Source: Candidatus Micrarchaeia archaeon
GTDB taxonomy: Archaea; Micrarchaeota; Micrarchaeia; CABMEP01
DNA length: 64,000 bases
Assembly: GCA_038886535.1 (NCBI GenBank)
Contig: JAVZXS010000002.1
Span: 128,001 to 192,000, forward strand
Reading direction: 5' to 3'
Shown piece after piece: positions 28,883 to 38,743 of this stretch (within the stretch, counting starts at the first letter, position 1; each line of letters opens with the position of its first letter). The notes beneath the pieces were generated by a model. It was given only the letters and a program-made list of their open reading frames with translations, had not been told where the DNA came from and did no database searches. The translations under genes were made by a program, and so were the position numbers.

Positions 28883-31168
28883 TTATTGTTGCGCTTCTTC
28901 TTTTTGCATCTGGTTTGTTTGGCGGAGTTCTTCTTTAACAAGATTTGGAAATATTACTGCCCATTCTTTTTCTAGATCAGAATAATCAATTTCCCCATTT
29001 TCTTTCTCTTTCTCTTTCATTAGTTTTCTAAGTGATGCATTTGCTTTAAGCACGAATCCTATCTCTCTTAACATTGGATTGTCTGCTTCTAAGGAGGCTT
29101 TGTATATTTGGGAATAAACCTTTCCTTTCATGAATGCTTCTAATATATATTGTTCTGGAGAGATGCCTGTATCTGCAGCTCTTCTTTCCAACGCTGGAGG
29201 TATGAATTTGATATCTATTTCTTTTTCAAGTTTGCCCACATCAATATTTTCAATTGTCCACTGGCTTGCCTCTGGATTCTTTATGAACTGGCAATCAAGT
29301 CTTGAACTTGTAATGTTTGGACCTCTAGTAAATGAAAACGTTTCTACAAATTTTCTTTCCACAGGCTCTGATTCATATGCCTTCTTTATAATTCTATACA
29401 ATCTTTCTTTTCTTCCGAATCTAAATTTATGTAGGAATGTATATCTATCTGTTGCAAACATTGATGCAGCAGGAATTCCAAATACTAGTTCTAATCTGTC
29501 TTGCACATCTCTTAAACTTTCAGCATGGAAATTGTAGAGCAAGAATACTCCTGGTTGCGTGTTTAATAGATTGATAATACCTTGTACAGCAGTTCTTGAT
29601 CTTAATTCATTTATTATTACTGCAGCTTCACCCATTCTTAGCAATGCAGATGTCATCTTTACAATTGACAGTGCAGTTCTTTCTTCCTCTTCCTCTGCAA
29701 CCTTTGCAGAACCTATATGAAATCCATATTTTCTGTAAGCTCTAGTCGGAATTTCTTCTATATCCTGTACTGGAATTATTCTCTTCTTTGTTCCAATTGC
29801 AGTTATCTTTGCAGCAGTAAATGAAGTTTTACCACATCCTTTTATACCCATTACACCTTCAGATGTTCCAAGTGAAACCATAACATCGTCATATCCACAG
29901 AAAAATGCAGACATTGAATTGTAATGGAGATACTGAGAGTAGGTGAATGGAGTGGGTTTCATAATTCTAAATGCGCCTTGAAGCTCGCCGAAAGTTGCAG
30001 GCGGTCCCTGCAAATGGCATCTCATATTAATTCTATTTAGCATCAAATCTATCAGTGGGTTTCTTTCATCAAGTTTCTTTCCTAGCTTAGCTCCAAGTGT
30101 TGCATTAAGGAACGCATATTCAAGGAGCTGTCTATTGTATCTGTATTGAGTGTGACAAGTCCCATGATAAACATGTTCAAGATAGAGAGGAGAGTTTTCA
30201 GCATCTATATAAATATCAGTTATGTTGTTTTGGTCAAGTGCAAGGTTCTCAAGAGGAGCACCCAATCCAAGCGTCCAATTAACAGTTTCTTTTGCCATTA
30301 CTAATGCTTGTTCTTGAGTTATAGGTATTTTGTTCATTGCAGCTGTATCTAGATAATATTGCCTGTATTCGAGAAGTTTCTTATCATACAAGGCTGCATA
30401 GTCAAGAACACCAGTTATTTGCTGCATGTTTGCAGCTATGTATTGCCTCATTAATTTTTTGAGTGGATCTGGAAGGTTTTGAAGAATATCATTTTTCTGC
30501 ACATACATGTTGGCTTCTTTTCCAGGAAGTTCATAAATCTCAACCTTCCAACCATATGGCAGATCATACTTTGCAGTTTTAGCCTCGATCAACTTTGCAT
30601 TCTGTGGAAGTTCTAATGAAATCGTTTCAACGAAAGCAGCACTTCTCATTTCAGCAAATTGTAGAAACACACTTCTCATATCTCCAAATTGCTTTGTAAG
30701 AGAATACATTTTTGTCTTTCTTAATGCATCCAATGTATTAAGGAGTAAAGTTCCGAATTTTCTGTATCCTTCAAGAAATACCCCTCTTGTCGGCTCTGGC
30801 TCTTTGTATTCCATTATTTTTTGTTCTGCAATCAATGGATTTTGATAGAGAGAATCTAATACTTCTTTAAGTAATTTCTTTCTTACATTATAATAATCAT
30901 CCTCTTTTCTTCCAAAAGAATCAGGATTTAATGTTATCAATTCAACCTGCCTTATAAGCGAGACATATTCCTTAATAACTTGAGTCTTTTGTTCGTCAAA
31001 TTCGATTATCATTTCTTCTTCGTATCTTATTCTGTCGAATTCAAAATCTGTTATTAATGCCAATTGTTTTAGCTGGCTGTTAATGCAGTCAGGACTGAAT
31101 AATTCATATGGACTTGCTATTGAGTCCATAATTGCTACTCGGTTTTGTATTCCACGATAGATGCACAT
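28883..31168 (-). CDS. Atypical VirB11/TadA-like secretion ATPase
   Basis: ITDIYID, Walker A GIKGCGKTS, Asp box VQDIEEI, ALLRMGEAAVIINELR, NFHAES. Start may be ATG 31129. Confidence 0.75.
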   Translation of the reverse strand: MCIYRGIQNRVAIMDSIASPYELFSPDCINSQLKQLALITDFEFDRIRYEEEMIIEFDEQKTQVIKEYVSLIRQVELITLNPDSFGRKEDDYYNVRKKLLKEVLDSLYQNPLIAEQKIMEYKEPEPTRGVFLEGYRKFGTLLLNTLDALRKTKMYSLTKQFGDMRSVFLQFAEMRSAAFVETISLELPQNAKLIEAKTAKYDLPYGWKVEIYELPGKEANMYVQKNDILQNLPDPLKKLMRQYIAANMQQITGVLDYAALYDKKLLEYRQYYLDTAAMNKIPITQEQALVMAKETVNWTLGLGAPLENLALDQNNITDIYIDAENSPLYLEHVYHGTCHTQYRYNRQLLEYAFLNATLGAKLGKKLDERNPLIDLMLNRINMRCHLQGPPATFGELQGAFRIMKPTPFTYSQYLHYNSMSAFFCGYDDVMVSLGTSEGVMGIKGCGKTSFTAAKITAIGTKKRIIPVQDIEEIPTRAYRKYGFHIGSAKVAEEEEERTALSIVKMTSALLRMGEAAVIINELRSRTAVQGIINLLNTQPGVFLLYNFHAESLRDVQDRLELVFGIPAASMFATDRYTFLHKFRFGRKERLYRIIKKAYESEPVERKFVETFSFTRGPNITSSRLDCQFIKNPEASQWTIENIDVGKLEKEIDIKFIPPALERRAADTGISPEQYILEAFMKGKVYSQIYKASLEADNPMLREIGFVLKANASLRKLMKEKEKENGEIDYSDLEKEWAVIFPNLVKEELRQTNQMQKEEAQQ

Positions 31169-31221
31169 GATTTAAATATTATTAGAAATGCTTAAAAATA
31201 CAATTACTCTAATGGTATTTT

Positions 31222-33144
31222 ATGATAAAGACGAAAATTGATAAGATTGCTTCGTTAATAAAGGAGAAGCCAATGTCTTTAAAGGATTTGTCTTCTCAAT
31301 TAGATTTAAACCAAGAAATTATTGAGATTGTTGGCAGAAATCTCGAGACAAGAGGAATAATGCGATTGGATTATCCTGCTGTAGGTTCACCTATCCTATC
31401 TCTTGTAAAAGTTCTAGAGGAGAAACATGAATCAATACCTACTTCTTTTGATGAAAAATATTCATTTGATGTCAATGGAGTGAATGTAACCATCTACATT
31501 TATAGAGACCAAGAACGAAGGCCATTTTATCATGTAGTTTATAGTGAACCTGCACCATACACTCTGGAGTTTCTAAAATCATTAGAACCAGAGATAGCAA
31601 GAGATATTCCACTCGATACAAGTTACTTTTTAACTCCAGAAAGGATGCAGGCATACCTTCCAACAATATACAATAAAGTGAAGGATAAACTATCAGTTTA
31701 TTTCGGAGAGCACTTAGATCAATTGGCAGGATATACATTTATTAACATGTATGGAATGAGAGAACTCGAAATCCTAATGGGGGATGAAAATCTTGAAGAA
31801 ATCTCTGTAAACACTTCACTTATTCCTATTTCAGTTTATCATAGAAACTATGGGTGGATGAAGACAAATCTTAAATTTAAAGATGAAGAGGAAATCGCAA
31901 ACATCGCATCTCAAATTGCAAGAAGAGTTGGTCAACAGATTACTATTGCAAACCCAATATTGGATGCTTTCTTGACAACTGGTGACAGAGCAACTGCAAC
32001 TCTCTTTCCGGCTTCTACAAAAGGAAATACAATTACTATTAGAAAATTTGCAAAAGAACCATGGACAGTTACAAAATTTATTGCAAATCATACTCTTTCT
32101 GTTGACATGGCTGCATTACTATGGCAGGCTGTGCATTATGAGATGAACGTTATAGCAACTGGAGGAACTGCCAGTGGAAAAACAAGTCTTCTTAACATCA
32201 TGATGCAGCTATCTCCACCTTATCAAAGAATAGTTTCGATTGAAGAGACAAGAGAGATCGCACTTCCTGAGCACATATGGAACTGGGTTCCTCTTCTTGT
32301 AAGAGAAGGAGGTCCATCTCTTGAAATGGAGAAAGTTAAGATATCAATGGCAGATCTATTAATAACTTCATTAAGAATGAGGCCAGATAGAATCATTTTG
32401 GGGGAAGTCAGATCTCCAGATGAGGCAAAAGTTCTATTTGATGCAATGCATACGGGACATAGCGTATCCACCACATTTCATGCAGATTCAGCAAACCAAA
32501 TGCTTAAGCGTATGCTAGAGCCTCCGTTTTCAATTCATGCAACAGAAGTCGAATCTATTCATCTAGTTGTCGTCCAGCACAGAGACAGAAGAAGAAATCT
32601 AAGAAGAACATTTGAGATATCTGAAATTTCACCTGGTTTAGATGGTTCGTTATCAACAAATAGATTATACATCTGGAGGCCAAGAACAGACAAATTCGAA
32701 GAGATAAACAAACCCAGAAGATATATAGAGGATATAAACATTTATACTGGAATGACTGAAAAGGAGATTTATGATGATCTCGAAGAAAGAAAGCGGATTT
32801 TAAACTGGATGGTAAGACAGAAGTATTTTGATATCTTGCAGATCAGCGAGGTTGCAAAGGCATATTACAATACACCAGATGTACTTTATAGGGCTGTTGA
32901 AAAAGACAGAGAGCTAGAGGGAGTTCCAAAACCAAAACATTTGTTTGAAGCTCCGACCCTTTCTACTTTCAATGCAGTTTCAAGTGAAAAGATAAACTTA
33001 AAAGAAGAATCTAAATCAATTTCACTAAGTAAAATACCTGAAGTAGAATTTTCTACCTCAGAAGTTCTTAAAACACTTACAGAAGAGATAGAAAAGGCAA
33101 AGGCAGAGAAGAGGAGCAAGAAACCAAAAGGTAAGAAAAGATGA
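31222..33144 (+). CDS. Type IV pilus assembly ATPase (TadA/CpaF/ArlI family)
   Basis: LEEISVN, TIRKF, GGTASGKT, SIEETRE, LRMRPDRIILGEVR and HTGH...TFHAD. Confidence 0.93.
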   Translation: MIKTKIDKIASLIKEKPMSLKDLSSQLDLNQEIIEIVGRNLETRGIMRLDYPAVGSPILSLVKVLEEKHESIPTSFDEKYSFDVNGVNVTIYIYRDQERRPFYHVVYSEPAPYTLEFLKSLEPEIARDIPLDTSYFLTPERMQAYLPTIYNKVKDKLSVYFGEHLDQLAGYTFINMYGMRELEILMGDENLEEISVNTSLIPISVYHRNYGWMKTNLKFKDEEEIANIASQIARRVGQQITIANPILDAFLTTGDRATATLFPASTKGNTITIRKFAKEPWTVTKFIANHTLSVDMAALLWQAVHYEMNVIATGGTASGKTSLLNIMMQLSPPYQRIVSIEETREIALPEHIWNWVPLLVREGGPSLEMEKVKISMADLLITSLRMRPDRIILGEVRSPDEAKVLFDAMHTGHSVSTTFHADSANQMLKRMLEPPFSIHATEVESIHLVVVQHRDRRRNLRRTFEISEISPGLDGSLSTNRLYIWRPRTDKFEEINKPRRYIEDINIYTGMTEKEIYDDLEERKRILNWMVRQKYFDILQISEVAKAYYNTPDVLYRAVEKDRELEGVPKPKHLFEAPTLSTFNAVSSEKINLKEESKSISLSKIPEVEFSTSEVLKTLTEEIEKAKAEKRSKKPKGKKR

Positions 33145-33166
33145 TTTAAATTTATTAGGGGGATAA

Positions 33167-34135
33167 TTGATGCTTGCAAAAAAGAAACATAGCGATGAAA
33201 ATAAAGATAAATTATCAATTAAATCATTAAATTCAGAGATTCAAAAAGAAAACCATTCTGAAGTATACATACCTATTCAATTGGTTTCTGTAGAACAGGC
33301 AAAGTACGGAAAATTTTTACTTCCACTTGCAAGATTTTTATTGACTCCTTCAAAGAAAAAAGAGATTGAAAAGGCCTACCTTGTCGGCGAGCCTGATTAT
33401 ATAATTGTTGCATTCCTGTTGTCCTCTCTTGTCTGGGCTTTGTTCTTCTCATTCGCGGTATTTGTATTGCAAATTCTGATAGCATTTGAAACACCAGAAT
33501 CTGCAGCCCCTCTTTCAATAACAATATTTGTAATTTCATTTCTTTTCTTCTTTTATTTGCATTATATTTATCCTGGAATTCTTGCAAGAAAAGTTGCAGA
33601 AACCACTGAATTCGAACTTTTATATGTTCTTAGAGAAATGTGGATAGATTCGACATCTGGTGTACCATTATATAATATACTTGTGAATGTTGCAAAAGCC
33701 GGATATGGGCCGATTTCAAAAGATATAGAAGCTGCAGTTCGAGAAATCAATACTGGAGAAAGAGATGTGAATGCACTAGAAAAAGTAGCGCAGAAAACAA
33801 GCTCAGAAAACTTCAAGAGAATTTTATGGCATTTGTCCTCATCAATGCGAACTGGAGTTGGATTAACTCTCGCATTGGAAAATTCTATCAATCTGCTTTC
33901 ATCAGAACAATTGAGAAAAATAAGGGAATACGGTGCTTCTTTAAATTTCTATTTGCTACTTTATCTTTTGTTCGCAGCAGTGATACCATCGATTGTAATA
34001 ACATTCTTTGCTATACTTTCTGCATTTGGCATATTTCCAATAACATTTGATCTATTATTTGCTTTAGTTATTTTATCATCTTTATTCCAAGTTGTATTGA
34101 TAGGTTTAATGAGGGCGGGGAGACCTGCAATATGA
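33167..34135 (+). CDS. T2SS-F/TadB-like pilus platform membrane protein
   Basis: SGVPLYNIL...GYGPISKD, multiple TMs, downstream of the ATPase. Confidence 0.85.
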   Translation: MMLAKKKHSDENKDKLSIKSLNSEIQKENHSEVYIPIQLVSVEQAKYGKFLLPLARFLLTPSKKKEIEKAYLVGEPDYIIVAFLLSSLVWALFFSFAVFVLQILIAFETPESAAPLSITIFVISFLFFFYLHYIYPGILARKVAETTEFELLYVLREMWIDSTSGVPLYNILVNVAKAGYGPISKDIEAAVREINTGERDVNALEKVAQKTSSENFKRILWHLSSSMRTGVGLTLALENSINLLSSEQLRKIREYGASLNFYLLLYLLFAAVIPSIVITFFAILSAFGIFPITFDLLFALVILSSLFQVVLIGLMRAGRPAI

Positions 34136-35184
34136 GAAGGGGTTGTATGATATTTAGTAATCTGTTAAAAAATTTAGAAGACAGAGTACCTACATATATT
34201 AAAAATAAGATTCAAAGATTGCTTTCCTATGCAGGAGAAGATGAAGCACCAGAATCTTGGTTTATAAAGAATTCAATAGTTTCATTACTTTTTGGTCTTG
34301 CATTTCTCTCTGCACCAACCATATTCTTTAGTTATCTATCTGAAGTAGGCTTGAATCCTGCAGAGACAAGATTTCTCATATTCTCTTTTATAATTGGATT
34401 GACTGCATTCATTGTTTACTGGATATTTGTTTTTTCAGCATTATATCTTAAAATAGAATATAGAAAAAGAAGAACAAATGATATATTACCTGATTTTCTT
34501 TCAAGCGTTGCAATGAATATAAGGGCAGGAATGGAACCGATATCAGCGCTCTATGTTTCTTTAAGGTCTGATTTCGATCCAATAACATCTGAAATGATGA
34601 AGATAAGATCTTTGGCTATTGGATCAAAATCAATATTGGATCAGCTGTCGTATCTTAATTCTAAGATTGATTCTAATGCACTTAGAAGAACAGTTGCAAT
34701 TATAGACAGAGCATCAAGATCTGGAGGGGAATTAGGAAGATTGTTGCTCTCTGTAGCGGATGATTTAAGAGATACAAACAGAGTACAGAAAGAATTAGAG
34801 ACGTCAACAAGAGGATATGTATATTTCATTTCATTCCTTACTATATTGGGAATTCCATTGCTTCTTTCTGTTTCATCGGTTTTCATTAGCGCCACTGCAA
34901 AACAAAGCCAGCAGTTTACTGGAGGATTCGGCGGTTTGATAAGCGTAATTCCAATATCTAATGTAGTCACTTCCCAGACTTTAGATCCATCATCAGTTTT
35001 AATCATATTCATAATTCTTATATCTATAGGTGCTATCTCTGCTTCACTTATGTTGGGTGTATTGTGGCATGGGGAGGTAAAGCAAGGATTTAGATATTTA
35101 ATAATATTATTACCCTTAGCCATTATTGCATTTTTAATATTTAGATCTGCTATGTCCTCTCTAATCGCATCTTTCGGAATCTAA
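34132..35184 (+). CDS. T2SS-F/TadC-like pilus platform membrane protein
   Basis: LPDFLSSVAMNIRAGM, SGGELGRLL and TMs. Confidence 0.85.
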   Translation: MRRGCMIFSNLLKNLEDRVPTYIKNKIQRLLSYAGEDEAPESWFIKNSIVSLLFGLAFLSAPTIFFSYLSEVGLNPAETRFLIFSFIIGLTAFIVYWIFVFSALYLKIEYRKRRTNDILPDFLSSVAMNIRAGMEPISALYVSLRSDFDPITSEMMKIRSLAIGSKSILDQLSYLNSKIDSNALRRTVAIIDRASRSGGELGRLLLSVADDLRDTNRVQKELETSTRGYVYFISFLTILGIPLLLSVSSVFISATAKQSQQFTGGFGGLISVIPISNVVTSQTLDPSSVLIIFIILISIGAISASLMLGVLWHGEVKQGFRYLIILLPLAIIAFLIFRSAMSSLIASFGI

Positions 35185-35277
35185 AAAAGATTTTTATATC
35201 TTGCATTATAATCATAATAATCAGTAACAACATATCGTTAATGCGGTATGTTTGGAAAATTTAATTGAGGTGGATAT

Positions 35278-35745
35278 ATGTTTGGAAAGAAAAAAGGTCA
35301 AGCAACTATAGAATATTTGGTTTTGCTTGCAGTGGCAATAATAATTGCACTGGTGATTTTTGCATTTATGGGATGGATACCTGGCTTTGCAGGTAGCCTA
35401 AAAGAGAGACAAGTTAAACTCTACTGGTCTTCTCAATACCCAATTCAAGTAAGAGAATATAGTTATACAAATAGTACAGGAAATCTTTCTCTATATCTTC
35501 AAAATGTAGCAGATTATCAAATTAATATAACTGGGATTTCAACAAGCGTAGGTTCCTACAATATAATTAATGGAAGTGTAGTTTTACCCGGTGAATCTAA
35601 ATTAGTAAATTTCAATCTTAACTATAACTGCCAACCAGGTTCTCCATTTGAATTTACAAGTGTAAAAATATATTATAAAATAATCGATTCTGGAATGGAT
35701 ATGGTAGAAGTTGGTGACAGACCATTCGTAGGAACCTGCCAGTAA
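35278..35745 (+). CDS. Pilin with class III signal peptide (candidate major pilin)
   Basis: KKKG/QATIEYL plus hydrophobic helix; strong GAGGTG RBS; followed by a T-rich terminator. Confidence 0.85.
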   Translation: MFGKKKGQATIEYLVLLAVAIIIALVIFAFMGWIPGFAGSLKERQVKLYWSSQYPIQVREYSYTNSTGNLSLYLQNVADYQINITGISTSVGSYNIINGSVVLPGESKLVNFNLNYNCQPGSPFEFTSVKIYYKIIDSGMDMVEVGDRPFVGTCQ

Positions 35746-35753
35746 ATTAGTTA

Positions 35754-35830
35754 GTTCTTTTTTATTTTTTTATAATTTCTTTTATTTTTCGTGTGCTCTG
35801 ATTTTGATCTTATTTTTGATTTTATTTAAC
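35754..35830 (+). terminator. Oligo-T archaeal terminator region
   Basis: Multiple T5-T8 tracts immediately after the pilin stop codon. Confidence 0.55.
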
Positions 35831-35917
35831 TATTTAATGTCCAGCCAACTATTGGACTATTTACTTTTTAGCTAGTTATTTTAGTCATATTTTGATTGTT
35901 AATCCTTTTTTTGCTTT

Positions 35918-37045
35918 TTACTTCAAATATTCCTGCAATTCTTTTTTCATATTCTCTATGCTTAGAATAAAATCAGCGTATCCTATCCATTTTCCATCTT
36001 CAAAACTATACATGTCATTGTCACTTATAACGATCATCAATTCATTTATTCCATTTTTGAAAACAGGCAGTTTAATCTCCTTTCCTATTTCTCCCATATA
36101 TGAACCATCTTGCGGTTCAATTAATTCAGCTCCATTAAGAAGATTAATCTGAGAGCTATTGTTTATTTTATATCGAGAAAAAGCAACAACACAATGTCCC
36201 AGCGAAGGTTCTGTTAAGTAGCAAACAACATAAGGATAAACATTTCCTGGCTTAAGCTCTTTTGCTTCCACATCTCTAATGAACCAGGTGTCTCTATTGT
36301 TTATAAAATATCTATTACCATTTTCTATCGGAATGTAGGATTCAATAATTATCTTTTTATCGCTGCATTTGCTTAATATGTGGTTCATTTCTGCTTTAAA
36401 AAATAGAGAATAGTCTTCACAGTCGCCCCCTTTATTTGCGATGAATTCATCTAATGAACTTAGTTTATCTTCTCTATTATAAAGAGAGGTATCTAAAATG
36501 TATCTAAGTCCATAAAATTCATCATTAACGAGATAAAAGCAAGCAGTTTTGATCCTGCATTCATCTAAAATTATTTTATAGCATTCCGTTTTAAGATCGC
36601 TTACTAGGCTTATTTTTAGGCTATCATTCATTTTTTCAATATTTGAATTTTGAGAAAACCATCTCATGGATTCATTTATTTTTTGTGAATAATCATCCAA
36701 CTTTTCTAATAATGTATTTGCCTCATCTTTGAGTTGTTTATATCTGCTTTCTAGAAGAGTATAATTTTGAGTCAACATCTGATATTCATTTTGCAGCTTA
36801 GAGTAATTTTCTTCAGCTTCACTAAGCTTTCTTTTTAAATTTTCATTTTTTTCCAAAGCAGATTGAAGCGAATTAATAAGTTCTTTCTTTTCTAAATTTA
36901 ACTTCTCTATATTTGCATTTGCATTTTCTACATAGTTAAGATGCAGTTCTCTAAGAGAATTGTATCTATTAAACTGATATACATTCAATAAAATAAGCAA
37001 TAAAACTGCAACTGCAAGAATTTTTTCCTTTTCCATTTTATTCAA
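35918..37045 (-). CDS. Membrane-anchored coiled-coil protein with transglutaminase-like cysteine-protease domain
   Basis: N-terminal TM, heptad repeats, GGDCEDYS...GHCVVA...LIEPQ. Confidence 0.65.
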   Translation of the reverse strand: MNKMEKEKILAVAVLLLILLNVYQFNRYNSLRELHLNYVENANANIEKLNLEKKELINSLQSALEKNENLKRKLSEAEENYSKLQNEYQMLTQNYTLLESRYKQLKDEANTLLEKLDDYSQKINESMRWFSQNSNIEKMNDSLKISLVSDLKTECYKIILDECRIKTACFYLVNDEFYGLRYILDTSLYNREDKLSSLDEFIANKGGDCEDYSLFFKAEMNHILSKCSDKKIIIESYIPIENGNRYFINNRDTWFIRDVEAKELKPGNVYPYVVCYLTEPSLGHCVVAFSRYKINNSSQINLLNGAELIEPQDGSYMGEIGKEIKLPVFKNGINELMIVISDNDMYSFEDGKWIGYADFILSIENMKKELQEYLK

Positions 37046-37059
37046 CTTTTAATGTTTAA

Positions 37060-37132
37060 TAGCCCCGACCGGATTCGAACCGGTGTCTCGGGCTCCAAAG
37101 GCCCGCATACTTGACCGCTATACGACGGGGCT
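37060..37132 (-). tRNA. tRNA-Gln(TTG)
   Basis: Reverse complement AGCCCCG...CGGGC-CT-TTG-GA-GCCCG...ACCGG-TTCGAAT-CCGGT-CGGGGCT-A; the A1-U72 pair is typical of archaeal tRNA-Gln. Confidence 0.95.
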
Positions 37133-37186
37133 ATACAAAAATATATACTATTTATAGCTAATCAAAATTTTAAATACTTACTTATT

Positions 37187-37714
37187 TTACCAAGGTACAC
37201 TTTTGAGCTTTAGTTTATAAGCAATTATATTTGACAAATAATGAACTATTAAAGTTATTATTGCCAATACTGATAGTATTGTCAAATCAAATTCCTCAGG
37301 CAAATATGGAGAAGCAAATAAAAGCGCAAAAACATAGAAGCTAAGTTGATCAAGTATCGGAACTGATTTTCCACTCTTTACATTAATTCTTCTTTTTATA
37401 AAGCTACCAACCGCATCTCCAGTCATTGTACCGACTGAAAGCAGAAATGCGACCAGCATGTGTGTTTCAAATGTAGAATATATGTTAAGGATGCCTAAAA
37501 ACCAGGTAATCATTCCAATCATCGTACCTGTTAAAATTCCAGTAAAGAATCCAGTCCATGTTTTTCCTTTCCCTAGTATTCTCCTGCTGTCATAAAACTT
37601 TGCTCCATAATCCATCGGTGTTTTGCTTGTTCCAGTTTTGAATAAAACCGGTGCTGCATTTGCAAAATATGCAGGAAGTATAAATATAATTGCTTTAATA
37701 ATCGAATCAATCAT
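37187..37714 (-). CDS. carS: CDP-archaeol synthase
   Basis: PAYFANAAPV, DSRRILGKGKTW, GDAVGSFIKRR, ILDQL, KSVPW. Start moved to ATG 37714. Confidence 0.9.
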   Translation of the reverse strand: MIDSIIKAIIFILPAYFANAAPVLFKTGTSKTPMDYGAKFYDSRRILGKGKTWTGFFTGILTGTMIGMITWFLGILNIYSTFETHMLVAFLLSVGTMTGDAVGSFIKRRINVKSGKSVPILDQLSFYVFALLFASPYLPEEFDLTILSVLAIITLIVHYLSNIIAYKLKLKSVPW

Positions 37715-37775
37715 TTTTTCACTTATTAGCATTAATAGCATAAATATTTTTAAATATACCAAACAATCTATTAAT

Positions 37776-38699
37776 ATGCGATCAACACAACACCTTATAA
37801 AGCAAGATGGTGCAACCACCATCAGTGCTGGAAGAATAATTCTTTATATAATTGCAATATTAGTTATTGCAATGTTCCTTCTCAATTTCTTATCAGTTGT
37901 AGGAGTTGGAGGGTGTGTTGGGGTAATAGAGGTAAATGGAGAGATTTCCACTTATAAAGGATATGGATTAGTTTCTTCATCTGAAATCATTAGTTTGCTT
38001 AAGGAGGTAGAATCCAGGCCAGACATAAGAAGCGTTGTTTTAGTAATGAACACACCAGGCGGTTCAGCAGTTGCCTCTGATGAAATTTATTCATATCTAA
38101 AAAGCATGAAGAAACCAACTGTTACATATATAAGTGAAATGGCAGCTTCTGGAGGATATTTCATATCTCTTGGAACAGATTATATATATTCAAATCCATA
38201 TGCAGTTACAGGGAGTATAGGTGCAAGAACAGGATGGATCATTGACATGTCAAGATGGCTAAACAATACAGGAATAAATATGAGCGTAATAAAAAGCGGA
38301 GAGATGAAAGATTCTGGTGATATTTACAGACCTATGACAGAAGAAGAGAAAAAAGTATTTCAAGAAATAATTGACGAAATAGGAGGTTCATTCCTGAATC
38401 TTACAATATCAGAGAGATCTAAGAATGCAAGATTCAGCCAGAATTCCATATCCCTAATCTCTGATGCAAGAATATTTACAGGAAAACAAGCATTTGAAAT
38501 TGGGTTGGTTGATGAGCTGGGAACAAGGCAAGATGCAATAAATAAGGCTGCAGCGATGGCAGGATTAGAACCAAGACCAAATATATGTGTTCTTGAGACA
38601 AAGAAAGATTTCTTAAGTACTCTGTTTAATGAGATGGGAAGAGGTATAGGCGAAACTTTAAGCAATAAGTTATCATTTAATAGTCTTCGTATACAATAA
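37776..38699 (+). CDS. sppA: Signal peptide peptidase SppA (S49)
   Basis: NTPGGS, AASGGY, TGSIG, KSGEMKD and GLVDELG. Start moved to ATG 37776. Confidence 0.92.
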   Translation: MRSTQHLIKQDGATTISAGRIILYIIAILVIAMFLLNFLSVVGVGGCVGVIEVNGEISTYKGYGLVSSSEIISLLKEVESRPDIRSVVLVMNTPGGSAVASDEIYSYLKSMKKPTVTYISEMAASGGYFISLGTDYIYSNPYAVTGSIGARTGWIIDMSRWLNNTGINMSVIKSGEMKDSGDIYRPMTEEEKKVFQEIIDEIGGSFLNLTISERSKNARFSQNSISLISDARIFTGKQAFEIGLVDELGTRQDAINKAAAMAGLEPRPNICVLETKKDFLSTLFNEMGRGIGETLSNKLSFNSLRIQ

Positions 38700-38743
38700 A
38701 TATAAATAGCCTAAGATAAAAGGCAATCTAATCAAGTGAGAAA

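Noticed and set aside
37060..37132. tRNA-Gln as an integration site for the pilin region
   Set aside because: No integrase and no duplicated tRNA 3' end seen in the window.
37623..37822. Apparent 200-bp overlap of carS and sppA
   Set aside because: Artifact of longest-ORF starts; ATG 37714 and ATG 37776 give a normal divergent promoter gap.
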